A DNA stretch of 64,000 nt from an uncultured Methanomassiliicoccales archaeon (GTDB taxonomy: Archaea > Thermoplasmatota > Thermoplasmata > Methanomassiliicoccales > UBA472). Shown here one piece after another: positions 1 through 9,011 of this stretch. The notes under the pieces were generated by a model, which worked only from the letters and a program-made list of their open reading frames with translations, was not told the origin of the DNA and made no database searches. The position numbers and the translations under genes are program-made. The DNA lies in the NCBI GenBank assembly GCA_963755265.1, contig CAVWKV010000093.1, positions 2,772 to 66,771 on the forward strand. Direction: 5' to 3'. Position 1 is the stretch's first letter, and the number at the start of each line of letters is the position of its first letter.

Positions 1-101
1 GATAACGACCAATTCCTCCCTAAATCGGGAAAAGTCCCGCCGGGGGTTCGAAAGATAAAAGGGCTCATAGCCCTGCAAACACTTTTTCATTCTTTCTCTT
101 G

Positions 102-545
102 TTATGTTTTTGTTGAAGCGTTGCAGTATGGGCAAACCATAGCCCGAGTATCAATCTGCTGGCCACAATTAGTGCAATGCATCTTCAATTGCGTTCCGCA
201 ACGAGGACAACTAAGAAACTCGGCTTTGAAGATTTGACCGCAGACTGGACAGGTTGTTTGCATGGGTTGGAGTGGTGGTATATTTTGATAATATGCCTGT
301 GGTGGAGGACTGTAGGTAAACGGAACGTCTGGTCGGTCTCCGGTTATCAATCCAAATAAGAACAAAACACCACCTAAAATAGCGACAACGATCCCTGCAA
401 CTCCTGCGCCATTAAGTTGATATGTGTATGTCTGGGAAAAATAATGCCAATATGCATCAATACCGATTATTACCGTAATAAACAAACCTGCTATTATCAT
501 CAAGAAACCGAATATCGTCATATCCCTTTTTTCTGTGCGATTCAT
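102..545 (-). CDS. Membrane protein with C-terminal double zinc ribbon
   Basis: Two hydrophobic helices, a P/Q-rich linker, then CPVC/CPRC/CTNC/CPYC motifs. Confidence 0.8.
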   Translation of the reverse strand: MNRTEKRDMTIFGFLMIIAGLFITVIIGIDAYWHYFSQTYTYQLNGAGVAGIVVAILGGVLFLFGLITGDRPDVPFTYSPPPQAYYQNIPPLQPMQTTCPVCGQIFKAEFLSCPRCGTQLKMHCTNCGQQIDTRAMVCPYCNASTKT

Positions 546-569
546 GTTTATTGTTCTCCAACTTCTTGT

Positions 570-1133
570 TTATACGTTGAGTGTAATAGGATAAGACCCA
601 CCGCTTGAGAGGGTTACTGTCTGTTGGTCGCTCGTTGCTCCAAGTCCCCCACCTGTTGTGGTGGCTGAAACAACTATGTTATAGTTTCCTGACTGGGCTA
701 TCGTGAATTGAGCTGTCAAGACATGCGTATCTGATGATCCCGCTGCAAGACTGCCTGAAGCCACACCTACCCCGTTGAGATAAATGCCGTAATTTATCGA
801 GTTCAGAATATGTGTAGAATGTACGGTGACGATTACCGAGGCTGATTGCGTCGGTACCACCCAAACAATCCCGACGATGGCCACCATTAATATAACGACA
901 ACGACGGCAATGACGATTACTTTTCGTGTTATGCGTTTCTTCTTTGGAACGGCATCCTGATTCGCTTGGGGTAGTGATGGTTGAATTGGTTGAGGTGGAT
1001 ATACTGCGGGTGGAATCGTTGTGATCTGAGGTTGTGATGGTTGATAAGGTGTAGATGGTCTGAGGTTCGTTCCACAGGTCTTACAAAACCTTGCGCTTTC
1101 AGAATTCTCGAACCCGCAATTAGGACACTTCAT
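570..1133 (-). CDS. Zinc-ribbon, single-TM membrane protein
   Basis: N-terminal CPNCG...FCKTCG, P/Q-rich linker, basic patch followed by a TM helix, and a beta-rich S/T-rich external domain. Confidence 0.8.
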   Translation of the reverse strand: MKCPNCGFENSESARFCKTCGTNLRPSTPYQPSQPQITTIPPAVYPPQPIQPSLPQANQDAVPKKKRITRKVIVIAVVVVILMVAIVGIVWVVPTQSASVIVTVHSTHILNSINYGIYLNGVGVASGSLAAGSSDTHVLTAQFTIAQSGNYNIVVSATTTGGGLGATSDQQTVTLSSGGSYPITLNV

Positions 1134-1429
1134 AGGAGACCGCTTGCTAAGACCGCCTTTTCGGTGCTTAAGGTTTGGTACAGTTATTCGAATCTAGAAG
1201 TGAGCAAACACCAAACCGGCTCCTAAAGGGGTCGATAACCCCCCCTATAAGCCCTCAGGAAGCCCCTTCAAACCCCTATTCAAGCGGGTTAGTAAGCCTA
1301 TTTGAAGCTCCTTCGAACCCTTTGTTATCCCATAATGCGGTATATACGGTACGTTCGGTACGATATTCTTGCTGGACCAGCATTGTAACCGTACCATTCA
1401 TACTGAATGTACCGAGCCCTGGAACAGGG

Positions 1430-1969
1430 CTAGAATAATCCCTGGCGCATCCTTCTTATTATTGGTACGTCTACTTGCTCATTGCGGAATATATCCTTCT
1501 CCTCTAACCCCTTCCTTATAGCTTCGGCTAAGGGTAGGGCGTAATCATCACCATACATCTTCACTAGGCAAGCAACGAATTGACTCACCTTCTCGACTGG
1601 GAAATCCTCTCGCCAAGTGTTGATATCATATGGGTATCTGTTTTCCTCGGAATTACCGTAGAAGTAAGGGCTAAGGTGGTCAACCGATCCTATGAAACCC
1701 AAGTCAATCATCTGATTTATGTCCGAAAACCCGTCCCTTAATTTTTGATGGATGCTAGTTTTCATTTTCCTTTGGTTATCGTTCAGCTCTTGTTTGTAAT
1801 TTAAGTTGCTAGTGTTCTTATCCGCTAAAGTCCTGAGAAAATCAATCTGCGGATCGGACAATATTTTCGATTTGAGTTTCCAGTCATCTAATAATTGTTG
1901 TAGGGTGTCTAGTTTCATTCTTCTTAACTTGTCCAACTGAGCTTCGCGTGATTCATTCATTGTTACCAC
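1430..1969 (-). CDS. Hypothetical protein of the element (possible regulator), divergent from the ATPase operon
   Basis: 179-aa ORF with protein-like composition. No motif recognised. Confidence 0.6.
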   Translation of the reverse strand: MVTMNESREAQLDKLRRMKLDTLQQLLDDWKLKSKILSDPQIDFLRTLADKNTSNLNYKQELNDNQRKMKTSIHQKLRDGFSDINQMIDLGFIGSVDHLSPYFYGNSEENRYPYDINTWREDFPVEKVSQFVACLVKMYGDDYALPLAEAIRKGLEEKDIFRNEQVDVPIIRRMRQGLF

Positions 1970-1976
1970 TAATACT

Positions 1977-1994
1977 CACAAATGCTAATTTGTG
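1977..1994. promoter_or_regulatory. Palindromic operator candidate in the divergent promoter region
   Basis: CACAAAT-gcta-ATTTGTG, next to TATA-like TATATTAA, in the 58-bp gap between divergent genes. Confidence 0.45.
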
Positions 1995-2027
1995 TATATT
2001 AAGTAATTCTTAGACCTATCTTCGAGC

Positions 2028-2225
2028 ATGAATAACCTTTCTGAAATGAAGGCTAACATGGGCATACTTGTAAGGGGTGATTTTCGAGCATTGGAGTCGT
2101 TCCTCCATTATATCGAACCAGTCCTGGACGATTTAGGGCTCCAGCTCGTGTTCAAGCAAGTATCAGCTTCAAAGCTCTGGATCAAGGAAGGAGATGGAAT
2201 GAATGACATCGGAAAGACCCCTTGA
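2028..2225 (+). CDS. Small hypothetical protein, first gene of the rightward operon
   Basis: 65-aa ORF overlapping the start of the ATPase gene. Confidence 0.55.
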   Translation: MNNLSEMKANMGILVRGDFRALESFLHYIEPVLDDLGLQLVFKQVSASKLWIKEGDGMNDIGKTP

Positions 2226-3361
2226 ACCTCCGGCTCTTTGCAAGGATATGGCCACGGCCATTGGATGGCTTCAGAATGTCCTTCGACTAAATTCCGATAC
2301 TGATTACCAGACTGTGCTGTTATGGGCTGTCCACACGTACATGAAGGAATGCTTACCTTCGAGCATCTGTCTTTATCTGGCATTTGATGGGGCGAAGTCC
2401 TCGGGAAAGACAACAGCAACAAGAGCGTCTATTAAGCTGGCTAAGAACGGGTTGATGATAACGAGCATAACGCCCTCTGCGCTAAAGCGTTTGATGGATC
2501 AGGGAGCCACCATCGCAATCGATGAGATAGATGCCCAAACGTTCCAAAATGAGGCCCTAGCAACGATGTTGAGAATGGGTAATTCATGGGATGCTCAGGC
2601 AAGATTGACTGAGCAAAGACAAGGAAAATTTGAGGTCATTCAGACCAACATTGGAGGCCCTAAGGTATTCAATTTTCGGGGGGAGATCGAGGAGGCCCTA
2701 AGGTCGAGGTGCATTGTCATCAGCATGCCTTCATGCAAAGATACCCAGCTAATTGTCGAATCCCTATTCCTGGACCATCATCTTACCCAGGTGAAAGACT
2801 GGCTGGAATATGAGGTTGGAGAAGCTATGTTCAAGCTTCAAGAAAACGCAGTTATGAGCGGAATGACGGTACAAGAATACGTAGAGATGGAAATGAGACA
2901 CAAAGACTTCCTGGAGCGTCTAGACAAGATAGAAGCAGCTCTAGGAAGAGGTGTCCAACAGGCTGCGATGCTCCTAAGAGATCAATTCGATAATGGGATG
3001 GAAATTGGAGGAATCTATCAAGAAGATTGTTGAGGGCCAGGTCAACGAAGATCAGTTCGAGACGGAAATCGGGATCATGGCTGACTATTGGCGTGGAAGG
3101 GCACAAACGAACCACAATGACGGTATTGATGGTGAGTCTTTGATCTCAGTCGGGTCGGAAGACCTTAGAATGGCCATCAACCAGGTACTCAGGGAGATGG
3201 GACTAAAGGACATCCCAAAACAAAGGTTTAGTATTTTGAAGCATGAGGTGGGCTGGAGGGAAGGATTCAATGCCAAAAAGAGTAGCACGGCCCATGGAAA
3301 GATCATCCTGACCTTTGATCCAGTCGTTCTAAAGAATCTTGGACTGGAGGATAGAATATGA
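2203..3361 (+). pseudogene. P-loop ATPase (putative replication/helicase-like protein) split by a single-base frameshift near 2976
   Basis: Walker A GAKSSGKT and Walker B IAIDEID. Removing one A from CTCCTAAGAGATC joins ORF 2203 to ORF 2993 as ...MLLEINSIMGWKLEE.... Confidence 0.7.
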
Positions 3362-3963
3362 GAGTTGCCCTCTATGCCAGAGTCTCCCGAGCAGATAAGG
3401 ACCAGGAGCCCGAGAACCAACTGCTCAAGTTACGGGAATACGCAACAAGGCATGATTGGGACATCTATGCCGAGTTTCACGATTACGTTAGCGGGGCAGC
3501 GCCCGTTAAGCCCGCCCTGGAGAAGATGCTACGGGAGGGAAGGGCGAGGCACGACGATGCCCTCCTTATCGTCAGGCTAGATCGTCTTGCGAGATCCACC
3601 AAACAGCTCCTTACGATGTTGGAGGACCTTGACCGATATGGGGTCGCCCTGATTTGCTCGGATCAGCAGATAGACACAAAAAGCCCGGCTGGGAGACTAC
3701 TTTTTACTGTTCTAGGGGCGGTGGCAGAGCTCGAGCTCGATCTGATACGGGAACGGACGAAGGACGGGATCGCTCGGGCGAGGGCTCAAGGCAAACAGAT
3801 CGGCAGACCTGCTAACCGAACGAAGGATAACGAAATCGAAGCACTACGGGCTCAGGGCATGAGCCTTCGCCAGATCGGTGAACGGTTGGGCATAAGCCAT
3901 CAATCCGTCAAGCAGAGATTACGGCGAGGCAGGGTACAAAAACGGGATGAGAACAAGGCATGA
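3358..3963 (+). CDS. Serine recombinase (resolvase/invertase family)
   Basis: YARVS catalytic motif, RLDRLARS, ERTKDG and a C-terminal HTH. ATGA overlap with the upstream gene. Confidence 0.93.
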   Translation: MRVALYARVSRADKDQEPENQLLKLREYATRHDWDIYAEFHDYVSGAAPVKPALEKMLREGRARHDDALLIVRLDRLARSTKQLLTMLEDLDRYGVALICSDQQIDTKSPAGRLLFTVLGAVAELELDLIRERTKDGIARARAQGKQIGRPANRTKDNEIEALRAQGMSLRQIGERLGISHQSVKQRLRRGRVQKRDENKA

Positions 3964-4061
3964 GGCCAGTTAATATCGGACATGATGCCCGAGACGGGGC
4001 TTCAGAAACGGACGATAAGTTTACAGGCTCAGAGCCCGTTCCTCGTCCTGAGGGGTACTGA

Positions 4062-5084
4062 ATGCCAACAGCATGGTATTCCCTTGGCAGCGAGCTAGAT
4101 GCTTATCTGCAAGAGCTGAGAGATGGTAATCGGAGCGAGGTCACAATACGAGATTACAGATGGGCTCTGAAAACCATATTATTGGCTCTAAAGGATGCCG
4201 GGCTTGAGCTGAACCCTCGAAAGATGGGTCGGCCCGAGATCAACTACCTACGCAACGATTTCCTAGCAGGGAGGTCCGAGCGCTACAAAGCGAATATGGT
4301 ATCCATGCTGATAGGTTTCTTGAAATGGACTGGAAACACGGAAGTGGCCAGGATCAAGATAGGGTTCGGGAATCTGAGATCGTCAAGGGTTAGATGGCTA
4401 ACGGATGAACAGGCAATGACAGTTAAGATGAATGTCCAGGGTATCGAGAAGATGATTGTTCATTGCGAGCTAGACCTTGGAATGCGACGCATTGAGCTCA
4501 TACGTTTGAAGGCCGTCGATTTCTCCAGCGGACGGATAAATTCTGTCCACCTTCTCGGAAAGGGAAGGTACGGGGGAAAGCCCAGGGATATCAACTGGCA
4601 TCCTGAAACGATAGCGATACTCGAAGAATACCTGGGGATCAGGGACCGGGAAATTGCGAAGGCGAGAAAGAAGAACAAGAACGTGGTCGTTCCAGATTCG
4701 TTATTGATCTACGAGAGGAACGGTAAACTGTTCGCCTATCAGAAGAGCGCCATCGAGAAGATACTCAACAAGATCGGCGCAAGGGTAGGATTCCATTTCT
4801 CGAACCATGACCTACGGAGAACATGCGGTCGTATGATGTACCGGGCAAAGGTTCCGATCGAGCTTATTGCAAGGAAGTTCGGACACGCCGATACAAGGAC
4901 GACGATGAAGTATCTCGGGCTCGATTTCGAGGATATGAGCGCTGCAGAAGACCTCTATGCGACATATCAGGCCAGCGTGTTTCTCCCGAAAAAGGGAGGA
5001 ATCAAGGTTAGCCAGGAAAATGGTGGACTGGGGGGGATTCGAACCCCCGGCTTCCGCCTTGCGAAGGCGGCGATCTTCCGCTGA
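4062..5084 (+). CDS. Tyrosine recombinase/integrase
   Basis: Catalytic R (GMRRIEL), K (GKG), HDLRR, GHAD and Y (TMKYLG). The 3' end overlaps the tRNA. Confidence 0.93.
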   Translation: MPTAWYSLGSELDAYLQELRDGNRSEVTIRDYRWALKTILLALKDAGLELNPRKMGRPEINYLRNDFLAGRSERYKANMVSMLIGFLKWTGNTEVARIKIGFGNLRSSRVRWLTDEQAMTVKMNVQGIEKMIVHCELDLGMRRIELIRLKAVDFSSGRINSVHLLGKGRYGGKPRDINWHPETIAILEEYLGIRDREIAKARKKNKNVVVPDSLLIYERNGKLFAYQKSAIEKILNKIGARVGFHFSNHDLRRTCGRMMYRAKVPIELIARKFGHADTRTTMKYLGLDFEDMSAAEDLYATYQASVFLPKKGGIKVSQENGGLGGIRTPGFRLAKAAIFR

Positions 5085-5095
5085 TCTACCAGCCC
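5021..5095 (-). tRNA. tRNA-Ala(CGC), encoded CCA
   Basis: Reverse complement reads GGGCTGGTAGATCAGCGGAAGATCG-CCGCC-TT-CGC-AA-GGCGG-AAGCCGGGGGTTCGAATCCCCCCCAGTCCACCA. Confidence 0.95.
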
Positions 5096-5327
5096 GATGT
5101 ACGGACAGGGAATACTACTTGAGATTTAACTGTTTCTGACCATTGGTGATGCTGGATTCAATACAATTAACTATTTTATTGAGATCGTATCAAGAATACC
5201 GGTCATCGTTCCCGAAATAATTGTCATTCATCATTTTCCTTAACAAAGATCCATCATTATTTATTATATATAATAACTAATATAATAAATAATGTCCGGA
5301 GAGGGCTAAAATGGAACTAAGTGGGTA

Positions 5328-5831
5328 GTGAAAGCATTCGCTTTGGCGGTCTTATTGCCGATAGTGATTTTGGCGTTTGCCGCGGCACCGGCCGAAGCAA
5401 AGAGCTCGGATAATGGAAATTGTCAGGGACAAGATTACACAAAGAATTGCAGACCAGACAGCATGGTGGTGGACACAGTCAGGATTGACACGACCATTTA
5501 CCTTTACCAGGTTCCGTTAACCGAGGCTCAATTGGCGATGTTGGGTGAAATAATCCCGGTCAATCTTCTGGCGGATAACCATATCCAGTACCTCAAGTTT
5601 GACGGAACCGAAGTACAGCCTCCAATTCTTAATGACCAAACGTTGTGCGCGTTTCTACTTTTTCTTCCTTCTCGCCTTCTTATGCGAGGTCATCGATTTC
5701 GCCTTGGCCACCACCGAATCGACAATCTGCGGGGCCACGCCGACGTAGTTCGCCGGGTCCATTACATCATCCAATTCCGCCTTGGTGATGCGGGACTTGA
5801 CCTCCTTGTTCTTCAACAGCATCTCCTTTAA
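5328..5831 (+). CDS. Putative secreted protein, probably 3'-truncated
   Basis: Classic signal peptide (MKAFALAVLLPIVILAFAAAPAEA). The frame runs 177 nt into antisense purB before stopping. Confidence 0.45.
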   Translation: MKAFALAVLLPIVILAFAAAPAEAKSSDNGNCQGQDYTKNCRPDSMVVDTVRIDTTIYLYQVPLTEAQLAMLGEIIPVNLLADNHIQYLKFDGTEVQPPILNDQTLCAFLLFLPSRLLMRGHRFRLGHHRIDNLRGHADVVRRVHYIIQFRLGDAGLDLLVLQQHLL

Positions 5832-7034
5832 GGTCTTCCCCTGGTCTTCCGCCGCCATACTGGCACGTCGTACGATCTCGTGCGCGTCCTGGCGTCCTAG
5901 GCCCTTGCCCACCAGGCAGATTATGACCGGCTCGGCCATCATCAGACCGCGGGAAGAGTCCAGATTGCGCTGCATGTTATCCTTGTGGATGACAAGTCCA
6001 GAGAATACGGTGTCCATCTTGGTGACGATATCATCTGTCAGTACCATGATATGAGGGAGGATGAACCGTTCCGCGCTTGAGTTGGTAAGGTCCCGCTCGT
6101 GCCACAGGACCATATCCTCCATGGCTGGAATGATCATCGCCCTAGCGATCCTGGTAAGCCCGCAGAGGTTCTCGGAAATTATCGGGTTGCGCTTCTGCGC
6201 CATCGTCGAACTGCCTACCTGCTTTTTGCTGTCGAAGGCTTCAGACACTTCCATGATCTCGGAGCGCTGCAGGTTGCGGACTTCCGTAGCGTAGCGTTCG
6301 CATGACGTGTCCAACATGGCCATGATCGATACCAGTTCGGCGTACCGGTCGCGGCAGACGATCTGGGTCGCTGCTTCTTCGATGCCCAGCCCCAGGTCGT
6401 TCATGACCAGTTCCTGGATCTCCAGCACCTTCGGGCCCAGTGCCGCACCGGTTCCGATGGCTCCCGACATCTTGCCCACACAGAGCCGCTTTCGGGCCTC
6501 GGATATCCGCTCCTGGTACCGCATCATCTCCGTTATGTAACCGGCGATCTTGAAGCCGTATGTGGTAGGGATTGCGAACTGTCCGTGTGTCCGTCCCATC
6601 ATGATTGTGTCGCGATTCGCCTCGGCCAATTTCGATAGTGTACTGATGAGTTGGATGACATCCTTCTCCACGATGTCGAGCGATTGGGATATCTGGATGG
6701 CGGAGGCGGTATCGACTATGTCGTTCGAAGTCGCTCCGAAATGCACGTACCGGCCAGCCTCGCCGGAGCATTGCTCCGAGAGGGACCGGATCATGGCCAT
6801 GACATCGTGCTTGATCTCATCCTCGATCTCCTTGACCCGTTCCGGTTTCACGTAGTGTAGGTTGGCCTTCTTGGTGATCTCGGCAGCGGCCGCCTTCGGC
6901 ATGTTTCCAAGTTTGGCGTGCGCTCTGGCCAAGGCAGCCTCAACCTTCAATTGGGTGAGAAGACGGTTCTCCTCTGTGAATATGGCCTTCATGTCGTCGC
7001 GCCCGTACCGGTAATCTAATGGGCAAAGAAGCAT
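5655..7034 (-). CDS. purB: Adenylosuccinate lyase
   Basis: HFGATSNDI, GRTHGQ, GSSTMAQKRNP and WHERDLTNS motifs. Confidence 0.96.
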   Translation of the reverse strand: MLLCPLDYRYGRDDMKAIFTEENRLLTQLKVEAALARAHAKLGNMPKAAAAEITKKANLHYVKPERVKEIEDEIKHDVMAMIRSLSEQCSGEAGRYVHFGATSNDIVDTASAIQISQSLDIVEKDVIQLISTLSKLAEANRDTIMMGRTHGQFAIPTTYGFKIAGYITEMMRYQERISEARKRLCVGKMSGAIGTGAALGPKVLEIQELVMNDLGLGIEEAATQIVCRDRYAELVSIMAMLDTSCERYATEVRNLQRSEIMEVSEAFDSKKQVGSSTMAQKRNPIISENLCGLTRIARAMIIPAMEDMVLWHERDLTNSSAERFILPHIMVLTDDIVTKMDTVFSGLVIHKDNMQRNLDSSRGLMMAEPVIICLVGKGLGRQDAHEIVRRASMAAEDQGKTLKEMLLKNKEVKSRITKAELDDVMDPANYVGVAPQIVDSVVAKAKSMTSHKKARRKKK

Positions 7035-7227
7035 CAGTTCAGCTCCGCGTAGATAATAGACAAATGCTATGACCGACTCCGCATAAAATCTTGTCGGGCG
7101 GGATATCCTATCCTATATTAATCAACAGAATAAGAGCTCCATCCTATCGCGTTCCGACTGTTTTCATTAGCTGGAACGAGAATAAGTCGGGAAGCTTTAA
7201 GAATGGCGAGTTGGTTGTTGCACCGAA

Positions 7228-8838
7228 GTGGTTCGATTGTGCGCTGATACTGGCAATGGGAGGATACCCAAGGAGGTACTTGACTTCTTTAGGTCACCAG
7301 GGGGTCACTCTTTGATCATTAAGGGCGACGCCGGAACTGGCAAGACCACGTTCGCCCTTCAGCTGATAGAGGAGCTGTCACAGGAACAGCCCGAGTACTA
7401 CCTTTCAATGCGCGTGTCCGACGAGGCTCTCTTCCGCCAGTTTCCCTGGCTCAGGGAGAAGGCTAAACGGAACGAGATACTCAAGGCAGGCAAAGCCTTC
7501 CTCAAGAAGACGTCCAATGTCGAGAAGGAGGAGGTCAACCCTAAACAGGAGGCGACACTGCGCGCCACAAAGAACCTGTTACGTGCCCTGACCGTCACTG
7601 ATACCAACCCTTCGGTGGTAAGGACCGAGCTGAACAAGCTCGAGGGGCAGGTCGAGGCAGGCGAGATCGACCATGATGAGGATGACGAATATAACGTCCT
7701 GGCACCGGACGGTTCGCTCATCCTGGAGATCGGGACTATGCTACCGGAACTGGAGCTGGCCTACGACATTACGGAGAACAACTTGCCTAAGCGGTCCCTG
7801 ATCATCCTTGACTCGATAGAGGCATTGTCAGAGATATACGGAATCAGCGCGCAGCGAATCATGAACGTACTGCAGAAGGATCTGGTGGAGCACTCCGATA
7901 CAAACATCATCTACGTCCTCGAGACGTCGAACAAATCCATCATGGACTACCTGGGCGACGGTGTGCTCATCCTGGATTCGGATGAAAGGGGCGGTCGGCG
8001 CATAAGGCAGCTCATCATAGAGAAGCTGCGCGGCGGGAGCATACACCGTTGGAAGTACATGTTCACACTGCAGGGCGGTCGTCTCAGCGTCTTCGACCAG
8101 GATACCGAATGCCTGCCATCCACCAAAGGCAAGCATATCGCCGTACTAGACCCGAACCAGAAGACCATATCATTCGGCTGCTCCGCCTTGGACAAGGTCA
8201 TGGGCGGCCTGCCTCGCGGCGGAATGACGTTAATCGAGATTGAGCCGGGCGTGCCGCAGAGCACAGTGCAATGGCTGGAGACTTGCATGATCGTCGACCA
8301 CCTGTCAAAGGGAAGGGGGCTGATCTGGAACCCGCTCTATTCGCTCGATTACGCGGAGATCCAGAAAAGGATGCAGGGTAAGCTGGAGAAGCCGGAAATG
8401 CAGGAAGGCCTTAACATACTGGACACCAGCAACCAATCCACTAATGGTTATCCGTTCCTGCGGGCCATCGAAGGCACTGATGCTTCTCACGACCTGCGCT
8501 GGGACTCACTCAAGTACATGCTGTCCCGTTCAGCTGCTCCTTATCTATCAATACTCGGCTTCGATTCGATGGAGGCGACATACGGCGGCGATGTGCTGCC
8601 CCAGACGTTCCACCACATTGATGCAATGAGGCGTGGCGGTCATGTGGTCGTGGCGGAGGCGACACCGATCAGTAAATCGTTGCCCCATCTTGCCAACCAG
8701 GCCACTATGCACATCAAGCTAGAGAGCGTCAACGGGACGGTTCTCCTATGCGGTCATAAACCGTACACGCCATATTACCATCTCGAGATCGAGGTCGTGG
8801 ACGGGCTAGAGTGCCCCAAATTAGTGCCGATGATCTGA
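7228..8838 (+). CDS. GvpD/KaiC-like RecA-family ATPase with two domains, the second degenerate
   Basis: GHSLIIKGDAGTGKTT, ILDSIEAL, DYLGDGV and IEKLRG. The second domain begins ...LDKVMGGLPRGG. Confidence 0.8.
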   Translation: MVRLCADTGNGRIPKEVLDFFRSPGGHSLIIKGDAGTGKTTFALQLIEELSQEQPEYYLSMRVSDEALFRQFPWLREKAKRNEILKAGKAFLKKTSNVEKEEVNPKQEATLRATKNLLRALTVTDTNPSVVRTELNKLEGQVEAGEIDHDEDDEYNVLAPDGSLILEIGTMLPELELAYDITENNLPKRSLIILDSIEALSEIYGISAQRIMNVLQKDLVEHSDTNIIYVLETSNKSIMDYLGDGVLILDSDERGGRRIRQLIIEKLRGGSIHRWKYMFTLQGGRLSVFDQDTECLPSTKGKHIAVLDPNQKTISFGCSALDKVMGGLPRGGMTLIEIEPGVPQSTVQWLETCMIVDHLSKGRGLIWNPLYSLDYAEIQKRMQGKLEKPEMQEGLNILDTSNQSTNGYPFLRAIEGTDASHDLRWDSLKYMLSRSAAPYLSILGFDSMEATYGGDVLPQTFHHIDAMRRGGHVVVAEATPISKSLPHLANQATMHIKLESVNGTVLLCGHKPYTPYYHLEIEVVDGLECPKLVPMI

Positions 8839-9011
8839 GCGATGGAAAAGGGAACGATGAACATAATGAACCCGTCTGGGGTCTCTCAATACTCAGATCT
8901 GCGGCCTGGGGCTTCAGCTTGGCATGCCTTTGGCACCGAAGGTCGGGAATTATTTATTTTGAAAAGCCGCCTGCTGGCTTTTTATTCTCATTCTACAATA
9001 GGGGTTTGCAC

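Larger units (their letters stand above)
1..5095. mobile_element. Right end of an integrative element or provirus inserted at tRNA-Ala(CGC); left boundary lies outside the window
   Basis: A tyrosine integrase abuts and overlaps the tRNA 3' end. A serine recombinase, a P-loop ATPase and hypothetical cargo genes lie upstream. The region is visibly more AT-rich than purB/srp54. Confidence 0.85.

Noticed and set aside
1175..1438. 87-aa ORF with repeated EAPSNP
   Set aside because: It is better explained as translation of the DNA direct repeat, and it has no clear RBS.
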